Assembly (NCBI GenBank): GCA_951406725.2
Contig: OX597818.1
Span: forward strand, 81,406,001 to 81,470,000
Direction of reading: 5' to 3'
DNA length: 64,000 bases
Origin: Octopus vulgaris
Lineage: Eukaryota
Shown here: piece after piece, positions 26,144 to 39,302 of the stretch
Layout: every line of letters starts with the position of its first letter
How positions within the stretch are numbered: the first letter of the stretch is position 1
Made by a program: the position numbers and the translations under genes
The notes under the pieces: generated by a model
Told to the model about the DNA's origin: nothing
What the model saw: the letters and a program-made list of their open reading frames with translations, nothing else
The model's database searches: none

Positions 26144-27410
26144 CAGGGTGCGTAAAGTATTTGAAGACATACGTTTTTTGGGTCACTGCTGCATTTTTTG
26201 CAAACTCTGTATAATCTTTCTTTCAGAAAATAATAATGCCTGACCCTAAACTTACTCAAAAAATGAAGAGGCATGCTCTTATTGTGGTTATAAATGCTGA
26301 GTATGGCGAATTAGAAATATCTCGATTTTTAACAGTTGCCAGATATTTCGTCTACAAAGTTTGTAAGGAGCTAGAGACTGAAGATGAAATATATCACCAG
26401 TATCAAAACATAAAAAGCATTCTAAACGCTCTGAAATCATCAGAATACATGGATTTATCCAACAACTTCAACAGGCCATTGATTACAATCCCAGAAAGTT
26501 CATGAGGTCAATTGCAAAAGATCTCCATGTGTCAGAAGGAGCTGTCAGAAATGTTGTCCACGAAGACATCAATTATAAGTGTTATATGAGGAGGAAAGAT
26601 CAATTTGTGAGAAAGCGCAAAAGAAAATCATTACATCAGATCTAAAAGGCTGTTAAACAAGCTGAAAAATCCAGCAGAAAAGATTTGATTTGGTTTTTCT
26701 CGTGTTTTTCTCTAACGAGAAAGACTTCGACCAAGATCAAAAAGTTAACAGAAGAAATGATAAATGGTTATGTGCAGACCCTTCTGAAGTTCCAACTGTT
26801 ATGCTTACAAAATTTCCTGCAGCTGTCATGGTTTTAGGGGCTGTAAGCAATAAAGATAATGTGATGCCTTCTTACATCTTGCCACAAAGACTTAGAGTTA
26901 ACTCTGCCGGCTACATTGAGATCTTGAAAATAATTGTTAAGCCCTGGATAGACAGAGTATGCAATGGAAGACCATATGTGTTTCAGTTTGTCTCTGCACT
27001 TAACTCTAGTAACACATAAATGGATGGCTGAAAAGTTTCCTGATCGCATAACTCCTAATATTTGGCCTCCTATTTCTCCAGTTCTCAATCCATTGGACTA
27101 TTACATGTGAAGCGTTGTTGGAGAGAGGTCAATGAACACGCCCATAACATCGAAGATTCTTTGAATGTTGCCATAATCCCAGTAATGTCCAAAAATGAAC
27201 CAGAACCACTTGATTCGAACATGTAGATGATTTAAATTTCATATAGAAGCAATTTCTGAAGTTGAATGTGGCTTTATTTATTGAATAACATTATAGGAAA
27301 GGTTTATTTGTATCCTCATAGCATATTTTGATAAATAAAGTTATTATCTGTTATTATATATCTACTTTTTTATAAACATAAATCTGTCCTCAAATATCTT
27401 ACGCACCCTG
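26144..27410 (+). mobile_element. Full-length Tc1/mariner element of the maT (DD37D) type, transposase pseudogenised
   Basis: TA|CAGGGTGCGTAAAGTATTTGAAGACA ... TGTCCTCAAATATCTTACGCACCCTG|TA; FFSNEKDF..VNRRND, VMVLGAVS, PYVFQ, WPPISPVLNPLDYY; many stops and frameshifts. Confidence 0.9.
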
Positions 27411-27506
27411 TAACTAAGCGGCCTTGTCTCTGTCTCTATCATTTTGTATGTATTGTATGAATGTACATACGTACAAATAAATAACACAGACATATATATA
27501 TATATA

Positions 27507-28148
27507 AGTTCAGCAAAATTTAGATTTAAATGAATATGGTACTTAAGTTAGATGCACCAGAATTCTGTATGGTGTTATCCATAAAAATCCATGGGGTGAT
27601 TATAATCAAAATAAGCAACAAGAATAACTCCGGTAATTTGGTACGATCGTTTCGCACATCATTTTATTAAATATTGTAAGTATTACAACAGTTTTAAAAT
27701 GCTGAGCACTCATCAGACATTGATAGAGGTTTTCCATTAATACATAATTTTCATATCAAGTGGTAACATTATAGAGAAGGTAGATATATAGACAAAGATG
27801 TGGATTTAAATTTCAAGAACATTTGTGGTAGTGGAGCCCACCAACTGACTGACTAAACTTCAGTTGCTCCAAACTACTGTAAGATTCTGAGAAGAAAGAA
27901 CAAATGAAAGGAGACAACAAAGATTTTCTATTTATAGAAATGGGGTGAAAGAGATGTCAGAGTTCCATATAAAGGAATTTATGTAGATAACAGGATTGTC
28001 ACACTACAATGCCAATTACTACTATTTGGTGAACAGATTTGGTATTAGGAGAACAAGGTCAATGTCAAGTGGTCACAATAACACTCACAGAGAATGCAGA
28101 GACCTTATAAAACAATGCTCATCAACACAACAATCAGCTTATGGGTTC

Positions 28149-28151
<3 letters not shown>
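27507..28151 (-). mobile_element. HHR-bearing non-coding element between two (TA)n tracts
   Basis: Minus strand 27640-27716: CUGAUGA-GUGC..long hairpin..GUGC-GAAA-CGAUCG-UA; stem I is poorly paired in this copy. Confidence 0.6.
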
Positions 28152-28197
<46 letters not shown>

Positions 28198-28550
28198 ATA
28201 CTGTACGTATGTATACATACATATATACATACACACATACACTCACATACACACACATACATACGCAAAAATACATATATTCATCATTCTTATACGAGTG
28301 TGGCTGCGGTTGTGTGAGGTTTGGTGTATGCGCGTATGCGCGCAAATGGGTTTGTACAAACTTGGTTAGGAAGCTCGCTTTGCATCCGCGTGGTTTCAGG
28401 TTCAGTCGTTCTCTGCGGCACATTGGCTACCTGTTCTCACCCGTAGTCGTAGTATATTTCCGTTGGATCTACTTCAAGAACTTCGCAGTGGGTTTAATTA
28501 ATCATATTAATTAAGTAACGAGAAGATGAATTTGGTATTAAACTTTATTC

Positions 28551-28656
28551 TGTACAACGTTCGTTTCGACTCTTCCTACTATCATTCTTTATGTGTGGGA
28601 CTCTGTTCAACATGTTGTGTTGGATCCATTTTGCAGTCTGGGTCTCATCAGGTACA
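28551..28656 (-). ncRNA. Type-I hammerhead ribozyme with intact core and ~75-nt stem II insertion
   Basis: UGUAC-CUGAUGA-GAC...GUC-GAAA-CG[AA]CG-UU-GUACA; perfect 5-bp stem I. Confidence 0.75.
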
Positions 28657-28949
28657 TTGATAGATAAAGTTGTGTCTCACTAAGGATCTTGAGTGTCCTA
28701 CCTTAATGTTATATGCCCGTCTAGTTAGGGAATAAATAAAGAAGAAACAAGACTGCATGAACACAAAAATTCAAAATTCATATATGAATGTGAAAATCTC
28801 GCGTTGCTGTTTAGATAAAATGACCCAATCAGCATTCGGTGTCATAACTGTTTAAAGTAGAAGAAGAAAAGAAAGACGAAAGAAAGTATAATAAAAACAG
28901 GATGACGGAATACTTAGTCAAACAGACAGAGAGAGACACATGAACACAC

Positions 28950-29032
<83 letters not shown>

Positions 29033-29699
29033 GAGACACACATACACACAGAATCAGACACACACAAACACACACGCATATATATCCTACATTCGTCCAT
29101 ACATACACTCTCACACAAGCATACGCCCACTCGCAAACTTGTCTATATGTACACACACACACACACGCACGCACACACACACACATATATATGTATTTAG
29201 ACACATACACACAGATATACATATACGTACACACGCTCACACCTACATACACCTTCCTAAACACACGGGCACTCAAACACACACGCACAGGCATATGCAC
29301 GCGCCTAGATATACATAAGCGTTACCCACGCATAAACATACGTGCGCGTAAGCAGACATGCACACATAGGCACACTCATATATGCATATATTTGTACACT
29401 CACACACACACACGTATGTATTTACACAGATTCACATATACTCAAGCCGGCTTTCCTGTTTAGATTTATGCATCTCCACTTCGCCACCCGTTCCTCAAGC
29501 CTGTTTGTATTTGTTGGTACATTTAACTTGTAAGATTACATGTCTAAATACATTTAGCGTTCTCGTGCGGTCCTTTCTTGGTATAGGTTCCATGGTTGCA
29601 GTTCGTGAGGTTTTAACTCGGTGGTGGGGCTGGGGCATTAATCCGAGTTGACGGTGTTGTGACTTGTATCGCTTTGGTGTGGTTTACGGTGTAGTGTGT

Positions 29700-30140
29700 G
29701 ACCGTATGTTTAACTGTATGCATGCATCTGGGTAGTCGTTCTGTAAATCTCTTTATGATCCGCTCCTGTGTAAATAATATTGTCTGTGGCTCCTCAGATT
29801 ATAGCTGGCATTTCCGGGATAGGACTCGTGTGTCTAATTATTGACCAGGTCAAGTATTTTGCCTCCACTTCCTTGAGTTGCCAGATGAAATCAGCCCGTG
29901 ATGTTGCATGCCGTTTAAGGATTTTTCGAAAGCTGGCGATGTGGTTGCGATACAGATTTTTCAAAATGTAGGCCGATGCACCGATATATACGTAGGGGTC
30001 TCCTCCAGTATTTACGGCGCACTTGTACGCCACATTTAGTGTCTTGCATTGGTTGTCCAGGGGACATTTCGATAGGTCCTTGTATGACCATAGTTGGTCG
30101 GTGTTTTTTTGTTTTCGTGCATGCAGCCAGGACCTGTCCA
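29700..30140 (-). mobile_element. Naiad-type PLE GIY-YIG endonuclease remnant
   Basis: CPLDNQC..NVAYKCAV..YVYIGAS..K..YRNH..SF..FIWQLK..WSII, then after a frameshift KCQL*.EE...E...CMH. Confidence 0.75.
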
Positions 30141-30364
30141 ATCGATTCTATTTACATTCGTGCTCGTGGTTAGCCTATTACTATTTTTATTGTGTCTGTG
30201 TATGTTTGTGTTGTTTGAGTTGTTGCGGCTGTAATGTGGTTAGTGTAGTTGTAGCGGTTGCTTTTTCTTGCTTGGCGGGTATTATCGTTCGAGTCATTTT
30301 TTCTGTGACACGTTATGCGGTTGGTATTTGTATAATCCATACATAAGGGTCAATATATATATAT

Positions 30365-30772
30365 AATTATAAACAATGGCAAAAGAAAAAAGATTTTTAT
30401 GCCAATATGCTGAGAATAGACTTTAAATCGTCAAGCAATCACATTACAATATACATTCACTATGAATACACGTCGTGCTGAAATCGAGGAAGGCAAGCTA
30501 ACAGAATTTTTTTAAAATCCGTTATCTCTATATGGAATCAATTTCGGGATTAATCACACAGATTTTCCCCTCTTCAGTAGAGAATACGTCAAGAAATAAA
30601 TGAAATACTTACAAGCGCCCATGGAAAAAGCAGAAGCAAGAGTCATGGGTACACATAAGTATCCTAGCTGTTTATAATTATTTATAATTTTACCTTTAAA
30701 GGTATTTTAATATGCTGGCCACTTTGATGAAATTTATTTTTGGAAAAACAATTTTAACCTATATTGGAAGTA
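30365..30772 (-). mobile_element. HHR element in (TA)n, relative of 62300-62770
   Basis: HHR at 30525-30583: UCUCUA-CUGAAGA-GGGG..CCC-GAAA-UUGAUUCCA-UA-UAGAGA; shares AATTTTACCTTTAAAGG.ATTTT..ATATGCTGGC with 62684-62720. Confidence 0.7.
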
Positions 30773-30799
30773 TATATATATATGATTCCTCAATTGTTC

Positions 30800-31600
30800 C
30801 TCCAAAGTCCACCATAAATCTTTAATAATATTTAGAATGGTGACTGTGCGGGCCATTTTAAGCGTCCGACTTCTATTTTGTGGACTTGAAACCAATTTTG
30901 AACCACTGTAAATATGTCTGTAAGTTTACCCTGCAATGAAGTACAGCTTCAAGATCAAGTGAATTCCATGATATCCCTGCCCAAATCATCACAAACCAAT
31001 CTCCATACTTAACAAGAGTGAATCAGCCTGAATGATAGGCTTTTTTGGGTTACCTCCAGACGTAAACTCGTATCGAACTTGAGAAAAGTGGAAAGACGGC
31101 TTATCCGAGAAAATAACTTCTTCCATTCATCCATTAGCCTCTTCTGATGATCTTTATGCCATTTTAATCGCCTTCTCATATTGATGACGGAAGAGAGACG
31201 TTATGCAATTAAATCTCTCCCATGATATTCAGCATTATGAAGCTCGCTACGAACGGTTTTGGTCGAGATTGGGTTTGCAAGATGTTGGTTTAACTCTGAA
31301 GTCTCACTCGTTGTAGTAATTCTATGATTTCTGGAAGCAATGCGTTTCAATGCTCTACGGTTCCTTTCTGAGAGTAATGGCTTCCGACCACAATTATGCG
31401 TTTCGGTCTTCCTTTTTCCTTGGTTTTGGAATGGTGTCATAATCTTAGAGACAATGCTTTTTGAAACATGGAATATTTCTACAGTTTTAGTAACTGAGGC
31501 TCCAGCCAACCGAGCTCCAACAGTTTTCCCACTTTGAAAAATCAGTAAGGTCACACAATTTATTACATATAAATATAATTATCAGGAAAAATATATTATA
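30800..31600 (-). mobile_element. Tc1-type transposon remnant
   Basis: Paired-like HTH 'FQSGKTVGARLAGASVTKTVEIFHVSKSIVSKIM...CGRKPLLSERNRRALKR' followed by decayed DDE-region sequence. Confidence 0.85.
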
Positions 31601-31748
31601 TAAGCTTATAACGTTACGCGCTAGATGTCAGTACTTGCAAGCAATCCAAATTGTTATAAACGACTAATCTTAATTAGAGAATATAGTATAATAAGCACTG
31701 TTGTTTCCAATATTTCCCTACCCTGTATGTAAATTCATTCATGTTTAT

Positions 31749-31854
<106 letters not shown>

Positions 31855-31936
31855 ATATATATATGTATATATATATATATAGAGAGAGAGAGGGAGAGAG
31901 AGAGAAAAAGAGAAAGAGAGTGGGAGGGAGAGAAAG

Positions 31937-32340
31937 AAAGATAACGAGGCAAATAAACAAAGAATACTTTTGGGCTAGACATATAAAATATACATACGTA
32001 TGCACATGTAAATAGTGAGAAACAAAGGTTGAAACATTTCAGATGATGAATATTCATATATAAATATATAGATGTTTATATATTAAAATAGCAGATTTAC
32101 ACAGAGTACAAAGAACAGAAATAGTTCCTCCTAGTTTTTTTGTGTCTTTGTACACTTTGTAAAGCTGTACCCTTTGTAAATCAGCTTTGTTACTATATAA
32201 ATATCTATATATTTATACATGAATATTCATCAACTGAAAATTTTCATTCTTTGCTTTCTCACTATTTACATGTATATCCGTATGTATATTTTATATATCC
32301 AGTGCAAGCGGTTTGATTTATTTATTTGCATCTTTATCTC
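31937..32340. repeat. Long imperfect foldback (~170-bp arms)
   Basis: ATATAAAATATACATACG.AT..ACATGTAAATAGTGAGAAA...TGATGAATATTCAT.TATAAATATATAGAT is mirrored at 32170-32340. Confidence 0.8.
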
Positions 32341-32499
32341 CATATCTGCTCCACCGGGATTCCGCTTATAGCCACTATTTACCCCACAGACTGGGTTATC
32401 GGTAACAATTTCTGAGTGTAAGCTCAAATCATTTGAACGCTATTAAGAGTTTCATATATTGAAATCTCTTGAACAGATCATGTTGATCTCTCTGATGAA

Positions 32500-32751
32500 G
32501 TGAGAGAAGTGAATGCTAGAACCCTTCGCAGGGGAGACCAAAAGGTGGGAAAAAATGGAGAGAAATAGTAGTTGAGTTAGTTATTATTTGCTGATGATAC
32601 AGCACTGGTGGCGGATTCGGAAGAGCAACTGAGGAGACTGGTGGTAGAGTTTGGAAGAGTGTGTGAAAGGAGAAAACTGAAAGTGAATGTAGCTAGGAGC
32701 AAGGTGTTGAAATGTTTGAGAGATGCAATGGCTGGTAGGATGAATGTGAGA
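32500..32751 (+). mobile_element. RTE-type LINE reverse transcriptase fragment
   Basis: Frame from 32581: LLFADDTALVADSEEQLRRLVVEFGRVCERRKLKVNVARSKV. Confidence 0.85.
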
Positions 32752-32769
32752 ATATGTATATATATATAA

Positions 32770-33208
32770 TTGATACATCCGATTGGACTTAGAATCTACA
32801 TTTAACAACCAGATACAGGGAATTCGGTTAAGACTCTATACCTTGAAGCTATTATCCGAGGGAGAGATCACATAATTTTCAGTTATAACATCAAAGAGAT
32901 TTAAATGCAGCAACACAAGCAAAAGAAAATTCTTTTTAGTTTTAAATATCCGTCATTTGAAGGCTTGTTCGCACATGACTTGTGATCCCATGTCATTAGC
33001 CAAATGTGACCGCGTGTGGACCGTTGGCGATTTTTTTTCCTCTGTCTTCCCTTCTCTGGATCTTTCCTTCTCCTATGTTTCTGACGAAGAGCTCCGCTCG
33101 AAACGTTAAACCCTCCTTCTTCCCTTCCTTCCTGAGCGTCCAATAATACTATATTTGTTCCACGTCCTCACGTTGTTGTGTTTTCTCTTTGTGTTTTCAT
33201 GTTTGGAT

Positions 33209-33212
<4 letters not shown>
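32770..33212 (+). mobile_element. HHR-bearing element flanked by (TA)n
   Basis: Bounded by TA runs on both sides; contains the canonical-core HHR at 33077-33111. Confidence 0.7.
33077..33111 (+). ncRNA. Minimal type-I hammerhead, canonical core
   Basis: GUUU-CUGACGA-A-GAGC[UCC]GCUC-GAAA-C-GUU-AAAC. Confidence 0.8.
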
Positions 33213-33277
<65 letters not shown>

Positions 33278-33279
<2 letters not shown>

Positions 33280-33420
33280 CAAGGTGGGCACCGCAAATCG
33301 AGAAATTAACTTCATTAATCATTAATACTTTAAACAAAAAGTTAATTTCATTAATCGTTAATTCGTTAATTCTTCGAAAATGTAACGGATGTTAACGTTA
33401 ATCCGTTAATGTTAACTTTT
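33278..33420 (+). mobile_element. Possible hAT terminal fragment with subterminal repeats
   Basis: CAAGGTGGGCA start followed by clustered (C)GTTAA(T)/ATTAAT repeats; no matching other end. Confidence 0.35.
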
Positions 33421-33534
33421 ATTGAAAACGGCATATCTACAGTTTAATACCCCACCGATTTTGTTGGCTCATAAATTCCAGAGAAATGGATACTTTTTAA
33501 TGAAACTTTCACCAAATAATCTCTTATATCCTGT

Positions 33535-33905
33535 TGTGGAGGCGCAATGGCCCAGTGGTTAGAGTAGCGGACTCGCGGTCATAGGATCGCGGTTTCGATT
33601 CCCAGACCGGGCGTTGTGAGTGTTTATTGAGCGAAAACACCTAAAAGCTCCACGAGGCCCCGGCAGGGGATTGTGGTGATCCCTGCTGTATTCTTTCACC
33701 ACAACTTTCTCTCACTTTTACTTCCTGTTTCTGTTGTACCTGTATTTCAAGGGTCCGGCCTTGTCACTCTCTGTGTCACGCTGAATATCCCCGAGAACTA
33801 CGTTAAGGGTGCACGTGTCTGTGGAGTGCTCAGCCACTTACACGTTAATTCGGATCAACCGGAATCCTCATCGTCGTAACCGACGGAGTGCTTCCATCCA
33901 CCCCA
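33535..33905 (+). mobile_element. tRNA-derived SINE family D with 10-bp TSD
   Basis: A-box TGGCCCAGTGG, B-box GTTTCGATTCC; TSD TATATCCTGT at 33525-33534 and 33906-33915; near-identical to 48227-48614 except for a ~25-bp deletion. Confidence 0.92.
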
Positions 33906-35813
33906 TATATCCTGTATATTGAGTGTATGTAGAGATTTGTTGGAAAAATTTTTTTAGAGGGTTTGGGGAGAGGAGTTTCGGAAAATTCACACGACCCGAC
34001 ATTTTCTCCCTCATGACATTCTGGAAAATAGGTATTTTGTTAATGAAATTTTATACAAATACATTTCAGACGGTTTAGATTACTGTTCGTCGGCTTGAAG
34101 TGGGTAGGGGAGTGCGGAGCAGTTTCTAGAAAACGGAATTTCGGATCAGACGGCCCACATAAGCTGGAATTTCTCCCTTCTGACGGGGATTTTTCTCAAT
34201 GTTTTCTACCAAAGACTTCAGAATGATGGGGATGGCGGGGGGAATCTTCTAACAAAAACAAGAAAAGGTTTTAAAAATTTTGTTCACTCCCACCTCCCCT
34301 CACCACCCCAGTCCGAAACGATTTTGGCCATTTTTTTTTCACTACGCACGTAAAACCCGTGAAAGAAACGTTTCCGGTTTAATAAGAAACTGTTAATAAT
34401 TTCATAGGAATATGTGTGATTTAAGGGAGATTTGGCTTCTGTTTCTGGCACATCACAAAAGCTCCCTTCTCGTTTCTTTCTCATTCACACATCTATTGAT
34501 ATTTTTCAATATTTTTCTCCCGATAAACAAATTTTATGGAATGGCGATGTCAAAGTAATACACGTATAGTCTCAACCGAGCGAGGCCGTGTTATGTGTGT
34601 GTGTGTGTGTGTAGAAAAGAAACACACCTAAAACATCTTTAGTGTTCATATTAATCTGTCAAATGTAATGCTTATTTGTTCACGTTATTTTGAATTATTC
34701 AGGTTCAAGTGGGGTGTCCACAATATTTGCTTGTAACTTTTTAATTATTTTATATGCAGTTTTGAAATTTTGTCAGTGGGTTCTTTATATACCACTGGTT
34801 TATCGTTATGTAATTTTAGCTAATCTTGCTGAGTAAATTTGACTTTTATGGACAGGTAAATTTAATTAACAGGTGTAAAAAGTATAACATTAATGGATAA
34901 ACGCCAAAATTAAAATTCTTAATGTATCTTACCTGTTTGATTTGTTACGAAAATTATCCCAGATGGCAGCCGACAAAAATTTTGCCACTTTTCATGATGA
35001 AGTACATTAATTTGAATTAATTATAATACAGATATTTTCGGTACAAGATTTTATTCTTTCGCTAAAATTTCGTAACTCACTGTGGAATAATTTTTTCCAC
35101 AGTTTTTTCGGATGCATTCAACGTATCAGACTTCCAATCCCGCTGCAAGTCTGAAAAGAAAATAGGGAGGGGTGATGGGAACATTGAAGTTTCCCACCAA
35201 GGGAGTTTTGTTTCGCGGGTCTTTCTTTCTTTATCAATTTATTTTGCTGGCTTTCAACGAATGCGTTTCCAGACTTATTCTTCTAAGGACTTCTGAGGGC
35301 TTCGCAAGAGTTTTTGGCGCAAGAGTTTTACCCTGACAGCCTCCCTCTTTGAAATTTTTGTGCCATGTCTAAATCTGCATTGCCATTTGTGACTTTTTAG
35401 AGAACTATCTCACAAATGCACGCTGCACAGTCTTGTTCGACTGTGTTCGAGCATACTCCAACACACAAAACGCCCTTTCTCTTCCAGTGAATACCATTTC
35501 TGTACCTGAAAAGGTAAACATATCAAACATTAAACATATAATTTTTGCCTATTTCTGCATATGCTGTTAAAATTTGAAGTCATTTAAACTAGAACTGGCA
35601 AAGTTATTAGAGTGCGAAATGATATCAAATTTTTGACATCGCTTGTTTCCCCACCTCTTCACTGTAACTCATTGCAGCGATCCCTCAGTTTTTCTATGTC
35701 CTGTAAAAGAACTCCGAAGGTTGAACCTCCAACCAAGGCTTCCACGATACACTTAAAGCCAGAAAAGTTTCAGCACACCCTTGCATATACGCTACACGGT
35801 ACTACACAATATA

Positions 35814-37058
35814 CGAGGGGCGTTCAATAAGTAATGCCCGTGACCCACTTCCCATAGCAGTAAAGCAACGAAACTTAGCACAGTTATTAGTCTTTTTTTA
35901 TATAGGAACCACCCAGAGTTACGCATTTCTCCCATCGTTTGATGCAGCTCTGGAGACCGTTTTTGTAGAAGACCCCAGCTTGGTCCTCCAACCACGACAT
36001 GACTTCAGAAATCAAGGCTGCATCATCTGGGAAACGCTTTCCTTTCAAAAACAACTTCATGGCTGGGAAAAGGTGAAAATCAGAGGGTGCAAGGTCAGGA
36101 GATTAGGGGGGATGGGGGAGGAGTTCATAGCCGCAGGCCTGTGCTTCTGATCTGGCGACACGCGAGTCGTGGACCGGAGCGTTGTCCTGCAGGAAGAGGA
36201 TGCCTTTCCTGATCTTGCCCCGCCTCTTGATTTTGATAGCTTCTCTTAATTTCCTCAGAAGTGAAGCATAATAGGCTCCTGTAATTGTGGTACCCTTTGC
36301 CAGGAAATCTGTCCTCACTACTCCGTCTTGGTCCCAGAAGACTGTGAGCATGACCTTGCCAGCGGAGGGCTGCACCCTTGCCTTGTTTGGAGGAGGTGAG
36401 TCACGGTGCTTCCATTGCATTGACTGGGCTTTGGTCTCTGAATCATAGTGATGGACCCAGGTTTCATCCTGTGTAATCAGTCTTGAAAAAATTTGAATCA
36501 TCTTCTTGGCACTCGACGCGTTCTTGCTTCTGGAAAGGTGTGAGAAACTTGGGAATCCATCTGGCAGACACCTTTTGCATATGCAAATGGTCATGAATGA
36601 TAGTTTCCACAGACCCGGTACTAATCTTGACCTCATGGGCTATTTGGCGAATAGTTATGCGTCGATCTTCCAAAATGGCAGTCTCAACTTGACGGACAGA
36701 TGCCTCATCAATGGCAGAAGATCTGGGAGCTGTTTCCACAGAGTTCCGACCATGTTTGAATTCACGATGCCAGCGTTTTACAAGGTCATATGATGGGGCA
36801 TCATCACCATAAGTTACTTTCATTTCATCAAAAGTCTTCCGTGCTGTGCGTCCTTTCAAGTACAAAAAACCGGATCACTGCTCGACACTCAACAGGCTCC
36901 ATTTCACACTTGACTCATTTCAAACACCTGTAAATCAGAAACCACAATTTGTTCAGAGCTGTAATTTGGCACTTAATCTATAGAGATATAAATAATTGCA
37001 CATGCAAGATCAAATAAATGTAAGTGGGTCAGGGGCGTTACTTATTGAACGTCCCTCG
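35814..37058 (-). mobile_element. Full-length mariner (DD34D, irritans/Himar-like), ~1245 bp, transposase frameshifted
   Basis: ~37-bp TIRs CGAGGGGCGTTCAATAAGTAATGCCCGTGACCCACTT with TA on both flanks; ATG at 36902; WIPKFL, ITQDETWVHHYD, AGKVMLTVFWD, LQDNAPVH, PHPP*SPDLAPSDF. Confidence 0.95.
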
Positions 37059-37417
37059 TAAGTATGAAACTGAGCCATACTGTACATAAAGAGACGAGTG
37101 TGAAAGGCATATATTTATATAGAATATCTTCGTGGGCAGAAAAGAGCGGGAAAAGATAGTCCCGCAGAAATCAAATATTGGATTAAAATGCTATGGTCTA
37201 GCTGTTATTATGGGCTTGCGTATATATAGGACTATTGCATTATTGATAGTGAGTTAGATAAATTATCGTGGGTTACCTGAGGTTTGTAAAATTCTATTGT
37301 GTACAATAGAGTATATCTATAGTTTTTTGGTAACATCGTATGAAATACACAAATTTAAACAATTTATCTTTGTATAAAAAGAATTCGCGCCCGACTGCAG
37401 AGATACATGTATATGCA

Positions 37418-37491
<74 letters not shown>

Positions 37492-38033
37492 GTTTGCTAG
37501 TTAGCTAGCTATCTGTCTGTCTGTCTATCTATTTGCTAGGCTTCCTGGCTACATGCATGCACGTATGTATATAGGTATGCATGTATTTATGTACATATAT
37601 ACAGTCATACAAACATTTATACACACACATGCACATATATATTCATATAATATACACATATACACATATATATTCATATAATATACACTATAACTACATA
37701 CAGATGCATATCTATATTATGCAGTACTATATTATCTATACTATGTATTAGTTGTGCATTTATGTATATGTGTATACACACACACACACTCTCTCTCTCT
37801 CACGCACGCACACACACATTCTATCTCTCTTTCATACGAACGCACACACACACACACACTCTCTCTCACACGAACACTCACAGACACACAAACACACACA
37901 TACACACAAACATACACAATAATACGAGGCCAGTGAAACAAAGACGCAGAAAGTTTTCTTTGAAGTATCACGCCTGTACCCAAATAGCAAGTGGTTTATA
38001 TAACCACTCTCTCTCTCTCAAAACACACGTACA

Positions 38034-38104
<71 letters not shown>

Positions 38105-38435
38105 ACACACACATATTGGTGCAACTATGTATACATGAAAAAGTATAAGAATTATTTATATAAAACAGAATGTAAACCAACGCAAATAAGGTTTCCGAAA
38201 TAATTATTCTGTATAGATATCGTCACGTTTCTGGTGTCTGTTACTGCGTTCAGCAATTTTAGTTATAGATATTGGTTTCAACACTGTTTTTACTACAAAT
38301 AGTTGTCTAATTTATGTGTATGTATGTTTGAATGTGTGTATGAATGTATGAATGGGTGTATCAGTGCACTTGTGAATGTATGTACAACGCAGTGTATGAA
38401 TGTTTGTATGCATATTTGTATGCGCGTATGTAATG

Positions 38436-38522
<87 letters not shown>

Positions 38523-38782
38523 ATATGTATAAATATATATTAAACATATACTCTCAAATACATACATATGTATATACATATGTATATGTATATATATAAA
38601 ATATATATGTGAATGCGTATGCATGTGCGTGTTTTTAGAAATATGGTGTATATGTTTTAAGCCTATATAAGAATGTTTATATGTGTCTATATACACACAC
38701 ACACATATATGTATACACACACACACACACATATATATATATCTATATATATATATATATTGAATATACACATACATGCACA

Positions 38783-38878
<96 letters not shown>

Positions 38879-39302
38879 CATATATACTGGCATCCATACT
38901 CGCACGTAGACATTTCCATTCGTTTCTGCACGTGGCTCTCTGTGTGTTTGTAAATAAGCGCTTGTATAAGTGTATAAGAAGGAATATGACTAAAAATATC
39001 ATGATGCAGTTATTTAGGCGCCGGTATTTACAAAAGTAATGTGGCCCCGAGATACACAAACATAGAAGCACACATCAATACATCCATAGATACACATACA
39101 GCGTAATATAATGTAAACACTAGTGTCAGTTACAAATAATATCTTACTCCTCAGGTTCGCCAAGAACCAACAATCCCTTGAAGTGTGTGGATGTTATGGC
39201 ATCAATCGTTTCTTACGTGAAAAGTTTGGGATATGGGCGTTAACGTTTGTGGTTATCTAAAATTTTGTTTGTGTTTCAGTGTTTATGCTAATTCGTTGGT
39301 GC

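Noticed and set aside
33535-33610. tRNA genes at SINE heads (also 6650, 16114, 47515, 48227)
   Set aside because: A and B boxes are present, but there is no intact cloverleaf or poly-T terminator. They run into SINE bodies, and the 33535 and 48227 copies have TSDs.
33440-34595. Helitron/Helentron-like host element around the SINE at 33535
   Set aside because: The termini are suggestive (TTTAATACCCC; CCGAGCGAGGCCG), but no CTAG end or subTIR pair could be confirmed.
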